From: an uncultured virus (IMG/VR IMGVR_UViG_3300032246_002559)
Lineage: Duplodnaviria; Heunggongvirae; Uroviricota; Caudoviricetes
Length of the DNA stretch: 20,000 bases
Virus record (IMG/VR): IMGVR_UViG_3300032246_002559
Direction: 5' to 3' (one strand)
Shown here: piece after piece, positions 7,985-17,244 of the stretch
Numbering within the stretch: position 1 is the stretch's first letter
Layout of the letters: each line of letters opens with the position of its first letter
Notes under the pieces: generated by a model
Database searches by the model: none
Told to the model about the DNA's origin: nothing
What the model saw: only the letters and a program-made list of their open reading frames with translations
Made by a program: the position numbers and the translations under genes

Positions 7985-10308
7985 ACTATGAACCCAGTGA
8001 TGCCTGCTACAGATGATGAGTAGTAAGTAGTCGTTCCTGTTCCGGTGGAAATCTCATTCCAAGAACAATAATGATAACCAATTGTTGGATAGCCAATATT
8101 CGTGCTCGTTCCAGAGACGACAGCGCTGGCTGATCCAGATCTAACAGTTGCCTGACGAAATGTTCCGTTCGGCATCGGTGTTGAATCAGTCGTAGTGTCA
8201 TATCCAACAGCAGCTATGCCGCCCTGATTCGCTGTTGAATTTGACAAAATCACATTGACTGCCAGATGAGCAAAAGTGTCGGCAATACCTACAACAAAAT
8301 CGACTTGATTAGTTGTGGTTGCTCGAGCCTGCCTCCACGATGCTGTGCTATAGGTCCACGACGATGTTGAGTCTGTGCATGCCAACATTCTTGGCATCCT
8401 ATTGTAATAGTTCCACACAAATCTTGAGGCTATCGAATCTTCAAGATAAGAGTCTAAACCTACATATTTTGCTCGTATTGTTCCAACGTAGCGTCTGGTA
8501 GTATCACCAGATTTAACATATACTCCATCCTGAAGAACTAAAGCTGTTGCACGAGCCGTATCGCTTGTCCAGTTTGGCCCCAGCTCAAGTGTTGGAACAC
8601 CAGAATTTGAGTAAATGAAAACATCTTTTGGCCTTTGATTTGTAAGAGTGTTTGCTGGCACAGAGACAGACAATTGAGAAAACAAAAAAGGAACCCAAGC
8701 TGTTCCATTATACAAGTCAATTTTGTTTGACACAAATGGCGTGTAGTAGAGCGTGGTTGCTGATGTAACGTCTGCTGTTGTGACTGGCGTACCAGAAGTA
8801 AGGGTTAGACGACCGCCAGGACTATCTATGGCTGAAGCACCGCCATAGTAGGTCCATGTGGGTACTCCAGCCCCAGAACTGGTCAAGATCTGGCCGCTGG
8901 CACCAACCGCAGTTAGAGCGATTGCTGAAGACGACGAGTACGCCACGGCACCATTGGCCGCAGTCAGAGACGCATTGGTCCCCCCCTTGTTGAGGGCAAT
9001 ATTGTCGGCAGACCAGGTTCCTGCTGTTACTGTGCCTAGCGATGTGATCGAATTCCAGGCCAGCGCTCCCGAACCATTAGTGTTTAAGTATTGGCCGCTG
9101 CTTCCGTCTGCAGAAGGCAGAGTCCATATTTTGTTAGATGCGATTGAGTCCGGAGCCTTAAATCCAACATAGTTAACTCCGTTAGTCGCAAGTTCTAAAA
9201 AACGCAGCTCATTGGTATTGCCTGTGCCCGAGGTGCGCGGGGCGAGGGCAAGTGTTCCGCTTGCGTCGAGATAGGCCAGGGCGTCGCCTGAGCTATTTTG
9301 CCACTCATGAAGATTCGCAGATTGAGAGGCTGCGCCTTTAACGACTAGTGCTTTGTCTGTCGCCGCCTGAGCACTACTTGTCAGAATTGTTCCAGAGGCA
9401 GCATAAGCCAGACCAGATGCTCCTGCCAAATAGTTATTGTTGTTGTATTGGAGCAATCCCGAGCTTCCGCGAGGGAGTATCGCCTCCCAACCGGTGCCAT
9501 TGTAGCGCCACATCCTATTGCTATATGTGTATGTTTGTCCAGAAGTAGGCACCGAAGGGAATGTGACTGCCGTCGGCGCAGCCGTCGTGGTCGGCGCAGC
9601 CGTCGTGGTCGGCGCAGCCGTCGTGGTCGGCGCAGCCGTCGTAGTTGTCGGCGCAGCCGTCGTAGTCGTCCCGCCACCGCTATCAGATTGAGTTCCCGAG
9701 CCACTGTTGTAAAGGAATGTGACTTCTGTGGAATCAATTGCTGTATCATAGACTCTAAGATCATCTATGGCATAACCGCCGCCGCTCGCTTCGGTAACTA
9801 TCTCAAAACGAGTGCTAGAATTATAAGTTGCAGAGTTTGGTGTAAAATTAGTGCCGTATTGGGTGGGTACGGATCCGTTGCGATAAATAGTCCAAGTGGT
9901 TCCGCTCCAGATAAAAGCAAGGTGGTGCCAAGAAACATTATCAAAAGCACTGTAAACAGTTTTTGTGGTAAAAGAGGGTGTGGTTTGCTGCACGCCAAAT
10001 TCACTATTTTTTCCATATCCAATAAAAGACAAGCCCGTTGATCCAAGCCTAATAGCTGGGCCACCGTTGCTTCCGCTATTATACGACTTAATCCAAAAAG
10101 CTACAGAAAATGCACCGGACGCTGGAAGTATATTGGCGCTGGTGTATGCGTTAACAGGGTCCATGAAATTGTAGCCAGCGGTCAGATAGCACTGATTAAC
10201 CACGCCTCCACTAGCAATTGAACCATAGACGTTGGTAAAGTTGGACGATCCTGTGGCGTCGTTGTACGTTCCCGCAGTATCAAACAAATAATGATGTGTT
10301 TGTGCCAT
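7978..10308 (-). CDS. Fibre/adhesin-like virion protein with N-terminal LamG (ConA-like) domain and Thr/Ala/Pro linker
   Basis: 776 aa. LamG hallmarks FSVAFWIK, WHHLAFIWSGTTWTIYRNG, IDDLRVYDTAI. TTTAAP repeats, then fibre modules FPSVPTSGQTYTY, YVGFKAP..WTLPSADG and GGRLTLTSGTPV. Confidence 0.8.
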   Translation of the reverse strand: MAQTHHYLFDTAGTYNDATGSSNFTNVYGSIASGGVVNQCYLTAGYNFMDPVNAYTSANILPASGAFSVAFWIKSYNSGSNGGPAIRLGSTGLSFIGYGKNSEFGVQQTTPSFTTKTVYSAFDNVSWHHLAFIWSGTTWTIYRNGSVPTQYGTNFTPNSATYNSSTRFEIVTEASGGGYAIDDLRVYDTAIDSTEVTFLYNSGSGTQSDSGGGTTTTAAPTTTTAAPTTTAAPTTTAAPTTTAAPTAVTFPSVPTSGQTYTYSNRMWRYNGTGWEAILPRGSSGLLQYNNNNYLAGASGLAYAASGTILTSSAQAATDKALVVKGAASQSANLHEWQNSSGDALAYLDASGTLALAPRTSGTGNTNELRFLELATNGVNYVGFKAPDSIASNKIWTLPSADGSSGQYLNTNGSGALAWNSITSLGTVTAGTWSADNIALNKGGTNASLTAANGAVAYSSSSAIALTAVGASGQILTSSGAGVPTWTYYGGASAIDSPGGRLTLTSGTPVTTADVTSATTLYYTPFVSNKIDLYNGTAWVPFLFSQLSVSVPANTLTNQRPKDVFIYSNSGVPTLELGPNWTSDTARATALVLQDGVYVKSGDTTRRYVGTIRAKYVGLDSYLEDSIASRFVWNYYNRMPRMLACTDSTSSWTYSTASWRQARATTTNQVDFVVGIADTFAHLAVNVILSNSTANQGGIAAVGYDTTTDSTPMPNGTFRQATVRSGSASAVVSGTSTNIGYPTIGYHYCSWNEISTGTGTTTYYSSSVAGITGFIVC
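9572..9664. repeat. 18-bp tandem repeat x5 (GTCGGCGCAGCCGTCGTR) encoding TTTAAP
   Basis: Units start at 9572, 9590, 9608, 9626 and 9647, with a 3-nt insert at 9644-9646. Confidence 0.95.
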
Positions 10309-10886
10309 TATACGCCTCCAAATTGACTGTGATTAGCGTCAATAAAATCCGTTGCGTCTTGGATATATGGCACATTTAACTTGGTACAAAGCATACGCAC
10401 CGTTTGCTCTGTATTTCCCAGTAACTCACTAAAGTCAACTATAATCTTCTTGTCTTCCCACGCATCGTAAACTGCTTGAGTTTTGATATATAAATTGTAT
10501 ATGTCTTGTGCGGCTGTTTGAAGGCCGCTCGTGGATGTGTAGCTGGCAATTGAGTTTTCAATCGGTCTGTGCGCCCACACCAGCCATGATTCTCGGTCTG
10601 TCGGAAAATTAGCTATGTATTCCTGAATGTTGTTGTTCGCGTACAAATTGTGATGCTTAGTACACCACCTATCATTTACGCCCTTAAGGGCAAAATATTC
10701 TTGCCAATTAATAATGAAGCCGCCACCGAGATATGAGTCTCTGTACGAACCCGTGGGATTAAAAGCCAAATTGTCAAGTTGTAGGTCTATAGCGTTTGAT
10801 TCAAAGCCTAGGCGATGTAAGACACCAGTTGTTGCACTAGTGCCTGACCGATAGGTTCCTAAAATGAGAATGCCCTTCTTATCCAT
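10308..10886 (-). CDS. Sulfotransferase-family (P-loop, PAPS-binding-like) protein
   Basis: 192 aa. N-terminal ILILGTYRSGTSATTGVLHRLG (5'-PSB-like GxxRSGTS), HRPIENSIASY (3'-PB-like), and IVDFSELLGNTEQTVRMLCTKL. TAAGGAGG RBS. Confidence 0.75.
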   Translation of the reverse strand: MDKKGILILGTYRSGTSATTGVLHRLGFESNAIDLQLDNLAFNPTGSYRDSYLGGGFIINWQEYFALKGVNDRWCTKHHNLYANNNIQEYIANFPTDRESWLVWAHRPIENSIASYTSTSGLQTAAQDIYNLYIKTQAVYDAWEDKKIIVDFSELLGNTEQTVRMLCTKLNVPYIQDATDFIDANHSQFGGV

Positions 10887-10898
10887 AATATCTCCTCC

Positions 10899-13436
10899 TT
10901 ACATTTCTAACCACTGAGTCCCGTCGTATGTGTAAAGGATTCCTAGACTGGTGTTCCACCACCGGGATCCAGCGGTTGGCGAAGAGGGTGCGGTGGTCGA
11001 CGAGGTGAAGTAGGTGCCGCCTGCGGCGGCCCAGGTGGGGGCGGAGCCGTTACTAGTAAGAACTTGACCAGAACTACCAACTCCCAGCTTAGTCAGAGCT
11101 GTCGTTCCTGAAGCATAAAGGAGATCTCCGGCCGTATATGCTGTCTGCCCCGTACCACCCTTGTTTGCTGCGATGGCAGTCGCTGACCAAGTTCCTGTCG
11201 CAATTGTCCCTAGGGTCGTAATGCTTGATGTGCCTGCCCATGTGGAAAGGGCGGTGTTTTCGACGTTGCCTAGCCCGACGTCGGAGTTTGATACTGTAGA
11301 CCATGAGGGGGCGGCGGAGACACTGCCCGTTCCAGTTTGACTGAGGAAGTTCTTGGTCGCAGTGGTGTTGCCCGCCAGACGAGTAGCGGCATTGGTGCCA
11401 CTGCCATAGACTAAATCACCCAAAGAGGTAATTGGCGTCAGCGCGTTGTATGCGGAAGCGGCTGTGGTCTGACCAGTGCCTCCGTAGGCAATGCCGATAG
11501 TTGTGGCATTCCATGTACCTGATGTAACTGTACCCAAGGACGTGATCGTGGGTAGATCGGAAGCAACCAAAGATCGGAAAGCTGGAGTTGTGGCTGCGCC
11601 GCCGGATGGACCCGCAAATACAAGATTTGCGTTTTGATTCGCTAGGGTTCCGGTCAGGGTGCCAGAAGACTGTACTGGTGAGCCAGAAACAGAAAAAATG
11701 TTAGGGAGAGACAGTCCGACACTTGTGACTGTTCCAGACCCACCAGAGGAAACGGTTGACCAAGAAAGCGTTCCAGATCCGTTGGTGGTTAAGACCTGAT
11801 TGTTAGATCCATCCGTAGTAGGATAAATGTAAGGATATGTCTCGCCGTGAACGCGCCACTTTGTCGAAGTTGCGTCGTATGTAGCCAGCACAATTCTGTT
11901 AGGCCCTAGGACTAGGTCGCCCGCTGTCGGAGTGATCAGTTGGTTGGCCGCCGTGCTGGTGACGCTGTGCTTGAGGGTTAAATTTGCCGTTCCAACATTG
12001 TGTAGCCATATGACTCTGCCGTCGACATGCGCACCGCTTGTTGTCGGCGCTATTCCTGTGATATTGGAGGCAGAGGTACAATTGATCCTTTGGAAAGCTG
12101 ATCCTGACAGAACGATATCGTTTTGGTTGGTCGAGACAGAGGTTGTCCCATTACCATAAGACAATGAGCCAAAGCCAGACTGACCGTCCGTCACCTTGAC
12201 GACGCCCCTTGTAGCGTAACCAAATCCCGCGTCGCCATTGGAGTTTGTTGCCCCGGCGAAGCTCCAGTTGATCGTGGCCGTATTGGACATCCTGATTCTT
12301 GAGCTGGTAGTCATGTCCGTGGGGAGCACGAACCCAGAGCCAGTACCATCTTCAAAACTATAGGTTCTGTCGCGAACGACGAGCCTGATTTTGACGCTTG
12401 ACGCGCCACCGCCACTCAGGTCGTAAGTGGTGCCAGAAGCTGTAACTTTTAATTCGTTGGTGCCTGCTGTGCCACCTGGAGCACGAATAATGACGGAGCC
12501 ATCACCACCCGTCGTCACCTGCTGTCCGGCCTGGAGGATAACGGAACCCCCAGCGCCGCTAGTGAACCCATTCGTGGCCTTAATCGTGATGTCGTTCCCG
12601 GCACCACTTGTTGTTCTCTGGAAAGGAATTATCGTTGCCGCACTACTTGAGCCTATTAGTTGCGTAGCACCATACAGGTGAGTCTGGGTCGTGCTAGTGT
12701 TACCAATAACAGTTGTGTTTGAGCCTTCGCCTTGAGCTGATCCGCCAATTACAATGCTGTTTGAATCGCTGACAGTTGAAGCCCTTGTTGAATATCCAAG
12801 AAAAACACAATCAGCAATTGCGTTTACATTATCTGAGGCTGCTGTGAAAGCACCAGCGCTGCGCCCCACAACAACATTATTTGATCCGTCCTGTAGAGAT
12901 GTGGCAGCTTGAAATCCGATCAATGTATTATTATTCGATGTGCTGACACTAGATCCTGCATCTGCTCCTACGACAGTATGACCAAAGCCAGTTGAACATT
13001 GATTCAATGCACTTTTGCCGACGCCCGTATTAGAATCGCCAGTCGTCATGTTTGATCCGGCACTGCTCCCGATCAAAGTATTGCTAGACGATGTGACTTT
13101 TTGTCCAGCCAAATAACCAACTAAAGTATTTCTAACCTGGGTAGTGATAAAAGCACCAGCAGAGTTTCCAATCGCAGTGTTTTGTCCGCCACTTGTGACT
13201 GCGTTCAACGCAGACACGCCCACCGCAGTATTAGTCGCCACTCCGCTGGCGCCGCGACCAACTGTCAATGTGTCAATAACAACCTTACCTGGACCACCAG
13301 TAACCGCTTGCGCTCCAGGCGTAATTGTGATATTTCCACCAGCACCAGATGTATTGCCAGATCCGGCATTAATCGTTAGGTCATCGCCAGCCCCAGATAC
13401 TTGCTTATCCTGGACGCCGATAATTTTAGTAGCCAT
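10899..13436 (-). CDS. Large fibre-like protein with YadA/Hep_Hag-like beta-roll repeats
   Basis: 845 aa. About 8 repeats of NT(A/L)(V/I)GxxA at 17-18 aa spacing, GGTG fibre repeats, and C-terminal APSSPTAGSRWWNT...YDGTQW. Confidence 0.75.
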   Translation of the reverse strand: MATKIIGVQDKQVSGAGDDLTINAGSGNTSGAGGNITITPGAQAVTGGPGKVVIDTLTVGRGASGVATNTAVGVSALNAVTSGGQNTAIGNSAGAFITTQVRNTLVGYLAGQKVTSSSNTLIGSSAGSNMTTGDSNTGVGKSALNQCSTGFGHTVVGADAGSSVSTSNNNTLIGFQAATSLQDGSNNVVVGRSAGAFTAASDNVNAIADCVFLGYSTRASTVSDSNSIVIGGSAQGEGSNTTVIGNTSTTQTHLYGATQLIGSSSAATIIPFQRTTSGAGNDITIKATNGFTSGAGGSVILQAGQQVTTGGDGSVIIRAPGGTAGTNELKVTASGTTYDLSGGGASSVKIRLVVRDRTYSFEDGTGSGFVLPTDMTTSSRIRMSNTATINWSFAGATNSNGDAGFGYATRGVVKVTDGQSGFGSLSYGNGTTSVSTNQNDIVLSGSAFQRINCTSASNITGIAPTTSGAHVDGRVIWLHNVGTANLTLKHSVTSTAANQLITPTAGDLVLGPNRIVLATYDATSTKWRVHGETYPYIYPTTDGSNNQVLTTNGSGTLSWSTVSSGGSGTVTSVGLSLPNIFSVSGSPVQSSGTLTGTLANQNANLVFAGPSGGAATTPAFRSLVASDLPTITSLGTVTSGTWNATTIGIAYGGTGQTTAASAYNALTPITSLGDLVYGSGTNAATRLAGNTTATKNFLSQTGTGSVSAAPSWSTVSNSDVGLGNVENTALSTWAGTSSITTLGTIATGTWSATAIAANKGGTGQTAYTAGDLLYASGTTALTKLGVGSSGQVLTSNGSAPTWAAAGGTYFTSSTTAPSSPTAGSRWWNTSLGILYTYDGTQWLEM

Positions 13437-13453
13437 TTAATAGCTTTTCCTAA

Positions 13454-15373
13454 TTAGAATTGGTTTCCTGTTGCCCCGGCACGAATCAAGGAGACCTTGG
13501 CTTGCCATAAGATAGTTTTGCTTGCCTCGCCAGTACATGTGATTTTTAGCGAGTTATTTGTGGCATCTGCTACTGCCGTGACAGTCCACGCTGCTGCTCC
13601 TGTGTCTCTAGTCTCAATGTCTTGAGATACAGCCCCTGTCATTGAAGTAGTCCCGCCCGAAGACCTTTTAATAGATCCTACTAATTTTACAGTGATAGTA
13701 TCCCCGACCGTTCCTGACGCACCACCAGTCTGAGTTCCTAAAATGTTGGCTTCAAACCTCCACACCTCGCTGGCAACCAGCGTCATGCGGGTGGTTGAGC
13801 CGTCGACAAATAGTTCTGTAGCAGTTCCGTTAGATGTAGTATTATATACAAAAACATCAGTGTAGCGACCATTGGTAGGAGTAAGATATGTATCAATCTG
13901 GCGGACTGGTGTTCCAGACGAACCAAATACTAGATAGTTATTTGCGCTAGCAGTAATAGTGGTTACTAGAATTCCACCAGAAAAGGTTTTCGCTCCAGAT
14001 ACAGTTTGAGCGCCAGACAAGGCAACATAGGTTGAAGATAAGTCAGGGATGTCACCTGAAGCTAGGGATGCGTAAGACAGGGTTGTCCCATTCCCCTTAA
14101 GGAAGCCTGTTCCGATAGAACTTAGACCAGTACCACCGTTAGCTCCAGCAAGAGTGCCAGTCACAGCAGAAGACTGAGAGATGTCGATTGCGCCAAACGC
14201 TGGCGCTCCTCCGCCCGAAGCAATTCGCAAAACTTGATAGGCTGTGCCAGCCGATGTTGCCGATATTGCAGAAGTACCATTGCCCAAAAGAACGCCAGCA
14301 GAAGTCAACGTGGTGGCGCCCGTACCGCCATTGCCAACGGGCAATGTTCCCGACAAATCTCCGACTGGAATGGATGCCGAAGCACTCAATGCGCTAGCAC
14401 CGTTGCCTTTGAGATAGCCAGTGAGGGTAGAAAAGATAGGCGCGGATGAGAAGGTCTTGGTGCCGCTAATAGTGACTGATCCAGACACGGCCACATAGCT
14501 GGAAGATAGGTCGGGAATATCTCCAGAGGAAAGAGACGCGTAGCTGAGGACAGTGCCGTTGCCCTTAAGGAATCCCGTCCCAATAGAACTCAGGCCAGTA
14601 CCGCCATTCGCTCCAGATACAGGCGTCGACAAGGAAATGGTGTTGCCCGCTTTGCTCAGGCCTGTTCCTGCTAAGATTTGACCCGTGCCTGAGAACTGAA
14701 CCCAAACCAAATCGCTCGTGCCTAATACATAGGTTCCCGCAGGCTTCTGCATCACAAAGCCAGCATTAGCGTCCGTGCCCTCCTCAACGAAAGCAAAAGC
14801 GCCCGCATTTAGCTCGGTTGTTGAGTCAGCATCTGTCGATCGGGTTAGGGCCGAGCCTGAGCCGTTAAAGATGTAGATGCCGTTCTGCGATACCGTCGTT
14901 TGATTCCTGACTAAGACGCGGTCTCCGCTTGTCAGAGTGATACCATCGATGACCGCTGTGCCAGGATTGGAGATTGTAATATTGGACTGGGTTGCTACTC
15001 TGACCGACGCTTTTGGGTCAATCCCAGAAGCTATTGCGTCCACATAAGATTTGGTGGCGGCGTCTTGTGCGCTGGTTGGGTCTAGCAGCGATGTTATTTT
15101 CTGACTGTTAAGAGACACAGATCCGGTAGGAGACGCCATCTGATCCAGTCGACTGGTGCGTACCTGGGTGTCAAAATCGGAAATCTTTGATGCTGTCAGG
15201 GTGGGGATATCTGCAGCAATAAGAGTGGTAAAACTTAAGACGCCAGAGGCGTCAGTAATCATCAGTTGACGACTGGTCCCGTCCGCCGAGGGAAGGGTGA
15301 AGACCACAGACCCTGTTGCTGGGGCCTTAAGCGTTACTGATCCGGCTGGACTCTTGTCAAAATTAAGTGGCAT
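13454..15373 (-). CDS. Fibre-like protein (COG5301-like domain, internal duplication, C-terminal beta domain)
   Basis: 639 aa. Contains DAATKSYVD, DPKASVRVAT, GDRVLVRNQT..QNGIY and GGTG repeats. Confidence 0.75.
   Translation of the reverse strand: MPLNFDKSPAGSVTLKAPATGSVVFTLPSADGTSRQLMITDASGVLSFTTLIAADIPTLTASKISDFDTQVRTSRLDQMASPTGSVSLNSQKITSLLDPTSAQDAATKSYVDAIASGIDPKASVRVATQSNITISNPGTAVIDGITLTSGDRVLVRNQTTVSQNGIYIFNGSGSALTRSTDADSTTELNAGAFAFVEEGTDANAGFVMQKPAGTYVLGTSDLVWVQFSGTGQILAGTGLSKAGNTISLSTPVSGANGGTGLSSIGTGFLKGNGTVLSYASLSSGDIPDLSSSYVAVSGSVTISGTKTFSSAPIFSTLTGYLKGNGASALSASASIPVGDLSGTLPVGNGGTGATTLTSAGVLLGNGTSAISATSAGTAYQVLRIASGGGAPAFGAIDISQSSAVTGTLAGANGGTGLSSIGTGFLKGNGTTLSYASLASGDIPDLSSTYVALSGAQTVSGAKTFSGGILVTTITASANNYLVFGSSGTPVRQIDTYLTPTNGRYTDVFVYNTTSNGTATELFVDGSTTRMTLVASEVWRFEANILGTQTGGASGTVGDTITVKLVGSIKRSSGGTTSMTGAVSQDIETRDTGAAAWTVTAVADATNNSLKITCTGEASKTILWQAKVSLIRAGATGNQF
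13979..14614 (-). repeat. Internal 56-aa duplication (14447-14614 and 13979-14146)
   Basis: GANGGTGLSSIGTGFLKGNGT(V/T)LSYASL(S/A)SGDIPDLSS(S/T)YVA(V/L)SG...KTFS occurs twice. Confidence 0.9.
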
Positions 15374-16928
15374 TCTGCACCTCTACTGTTTTTACTGCTG
15401 CCACCCAACGGATGGTTTTTCCTGTCTGGCCGGTCGCACGCACCGACATGGCGCCGCGAACTACGTCTGATTCGACCACAACATCCCAAGGCACAGAAGA
15501 TCTTGAAACAGTAGTCTTGCTCACTCCACCAATCAGGATGTCGACAGTGCCAGCTCCCGTGTTACGGAAAGCCACCCCTTCAAACCTGAAAGCAGCGCGT
15601 TCACCAACTACGTCCTCTCTCTGAGCACTAATAAGGATGTCGAAAAGATACGTTGAATTATTCGGAAGAACAATTTGATTGTGAGAGTTTAGCGCCTGGC
15701 CGTCTGTGGTTAGAGGTTCGGTTGTTGCCGAAAGCGTGACCTTAGAAAGGACATACAATCCGCAACGGCCATACGTCGAACCAGACAGGAACTTCCCCCG
15801 GACAAACAGATCACTCCCATTAGTAGATACACCTGAGGCTCCGGCCAAAACTCCAGATGAGGAGTATTGCAATGAGCCGCTTGGGCCAGCAGCACTATCG
15901 ACCCCAGATGTACCTCCAGATACACGAAAGTATCCCGAGGTAGCATCGTAGGTCATCTGGGCGGATCTTCCGGGTGCCACAGCAAGATCTGATCCAATCT
16001 GGGTATACAGGCGATTTCCCGAAGAGCTAAGTCCAGAAAGGTGCTTCAGCGTAAGGGTGCCACTACCAACATTAAAGAGAGAAAGCTGGCGACCATCGAT
16101 ATGTCCAGAACCAGTGGGTGACAAGCCAGTAAGATCGACGGATCCTGAAGGATTGATGCGTAGATGGGAGGCGGAGCCGACAGCAAGATTGTTGGTGGCA
16201 GCAGAAAGGGAGAAGGTAGAGGAGGGCGAGGAGAATGAGCCGCCGCCAGAAGATCCGTCAGTAATCCTCAGAATCCCCACTCCAGCGCGATCAAGTCCAA
16301 GATCTGGACTTCCAGAAAAGGCCCCAGACAGAGTCGTTACCTTGCGAGGCCACAAAAGTTTGGCGTTAACGACATCAAAAGCTGAAAAATCGCGCGAATA
16401 TAAACCATTCTTTGTCGAAGTAATAGTAGCTGATCCACCTATGACTAAGCCATCAAAGATGGCAGGACCGGAAACGGTGATAGCTGGTCCAGTTTCTATA
16501 GAGTCACCAATGTGGATCGTACAGATTGTACTTGTTCCGCTCTGAAGCAAAAGCGAACGGCCAACTCCGGCCTCACCCGCAGATAGGGTTACTTTCTCAT
16601 CGTCAAAGGCAAAATATGTATCTTCATTGGTGGGGGAGGGATTGCTTGTGACTAGATACACGCGACCCCAGTAGTCAGAGTAGTCCCCACTAGGACCGCC
16701 AGCCTTTTTGCCAGGCGTCAGAAGAATGTGCCCACCGACTCCGGAACTTGTGCGTTGTGGCCCGATAATTGACAGAGAATTGCCGCCAGTATCAACCGAT
16801 TGGTCGAGTCCATTCCGCACAAGCTGATAAAGTCTTGATCGACCAGCTATACCATTAGTAATGGTGGAAACAACCCAATCGTCATTGAGCGGCGTCCTAT
16901 TATCAAGCTGGTCGATTCTTTTTGGCAT
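15363..16928 (-). CDS. Fibre-like structural protein
   Basis: 521 aa, MPKRIDQL start. Shares a central domain with the 845-aa protein and a C-terminal domain with the 214- and 639-aa proteins. Confidence 0.7.
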   Translation of the reverse strand: MPKRIDQLDNRTPLNDDWVVSTITNGIAGRSRLYQLVRNGLDQSVDTGGNSLSIIGPQRTSSGVGGHILLTPGKKAGGPSGDYSDYWGRVYLVTSNPSPTNEDTYFAFDDEKVTLSAGEAGVGRSLLLQSGTSTICTIHIGDSIETGPAITVSGPAIFDGLVIGGSATITSTKNGLYSRDFSAFDVVNAKLLWPRKVTTLSGAFSGSPDLGLDRAGVGILRITDGSSGGGSFSSPSSTFSLSAATNNLAVGSASHLRINPSGSVDLTGLSPTGSGHIDGRQLSLFNVGSGTLTLKHLSGLSSSGNRLYTQIGSDLAVAPGRSAQMTYDATSGYFRVSGGTSGVDSAAGPSGSLQYSSSGVLAGASGVSTNGSDLFVRGKFLSGSTYGRCGLYVLSKVTLSATTEPLTTDGQALNSHNQIVLPNNSTYLFDILISAQREDVVGERAAFRFEGVAFRNTGAGTVDILIGGVSKTTVSRSSVPWDVVVESDVVRGAMSVRATGQTGKTIRWVAAVKTVEVQNAT

Positions 16929-17233
16929 CAGAGAACTCCGGCGGCAGTTGCTAGGCGCGTTAGGTTGCTAATGACTGCACTCATCGCAGATGCCACGGAA
17001 GCGTCTGTTTCAGCCAATAGCCAAACATCTTTGATGTGAAAGTTTCTCCGCTCTTCACCAAAAGCCCATCCTCCATCGGGAAGTCTGGCGGCGATCCTGA
17101 ACCACGCCTCTGCTTCTAGCTTTTGATTAATCCCGTCGCCGCTAAAAACTAATGACTCGACAACCCAAATGTCATAAACCATTTCTGAGGTCGCTGGCTT
17201 AACTACTGGTACTGAGGCAACGATATCCGCCAT
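16928..17233 (-). CDS. Small hypothetical fibre-associated protein
   Basis: 101 aa, AAGGAG RBS, TGATG-coupled to the next gene. Confidence 0.7.
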   Translation of the reverse strand: MADIVASVPVVKPATSEMVYDIWVVESLVFSGDGINQKLEAEAWFRIAARLPDGGWAFGEERRNFHIKDVWLLAETDASVASAMSAVISNLTRLATAAGVL

Positions 17234-17244
17234 AAGAAAACTCC

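Noticed and set aside
9572..9664. CRISPR array
   Set aside because: The units are contiguous with no spacers and lie in-frame within a CDS.
9381..10041. Arg-rich ORFs 9381..9764 (-) and 9448..10041 (+)
   Set aside because: They are alternative-frame readings of the TTTAAP repeat.
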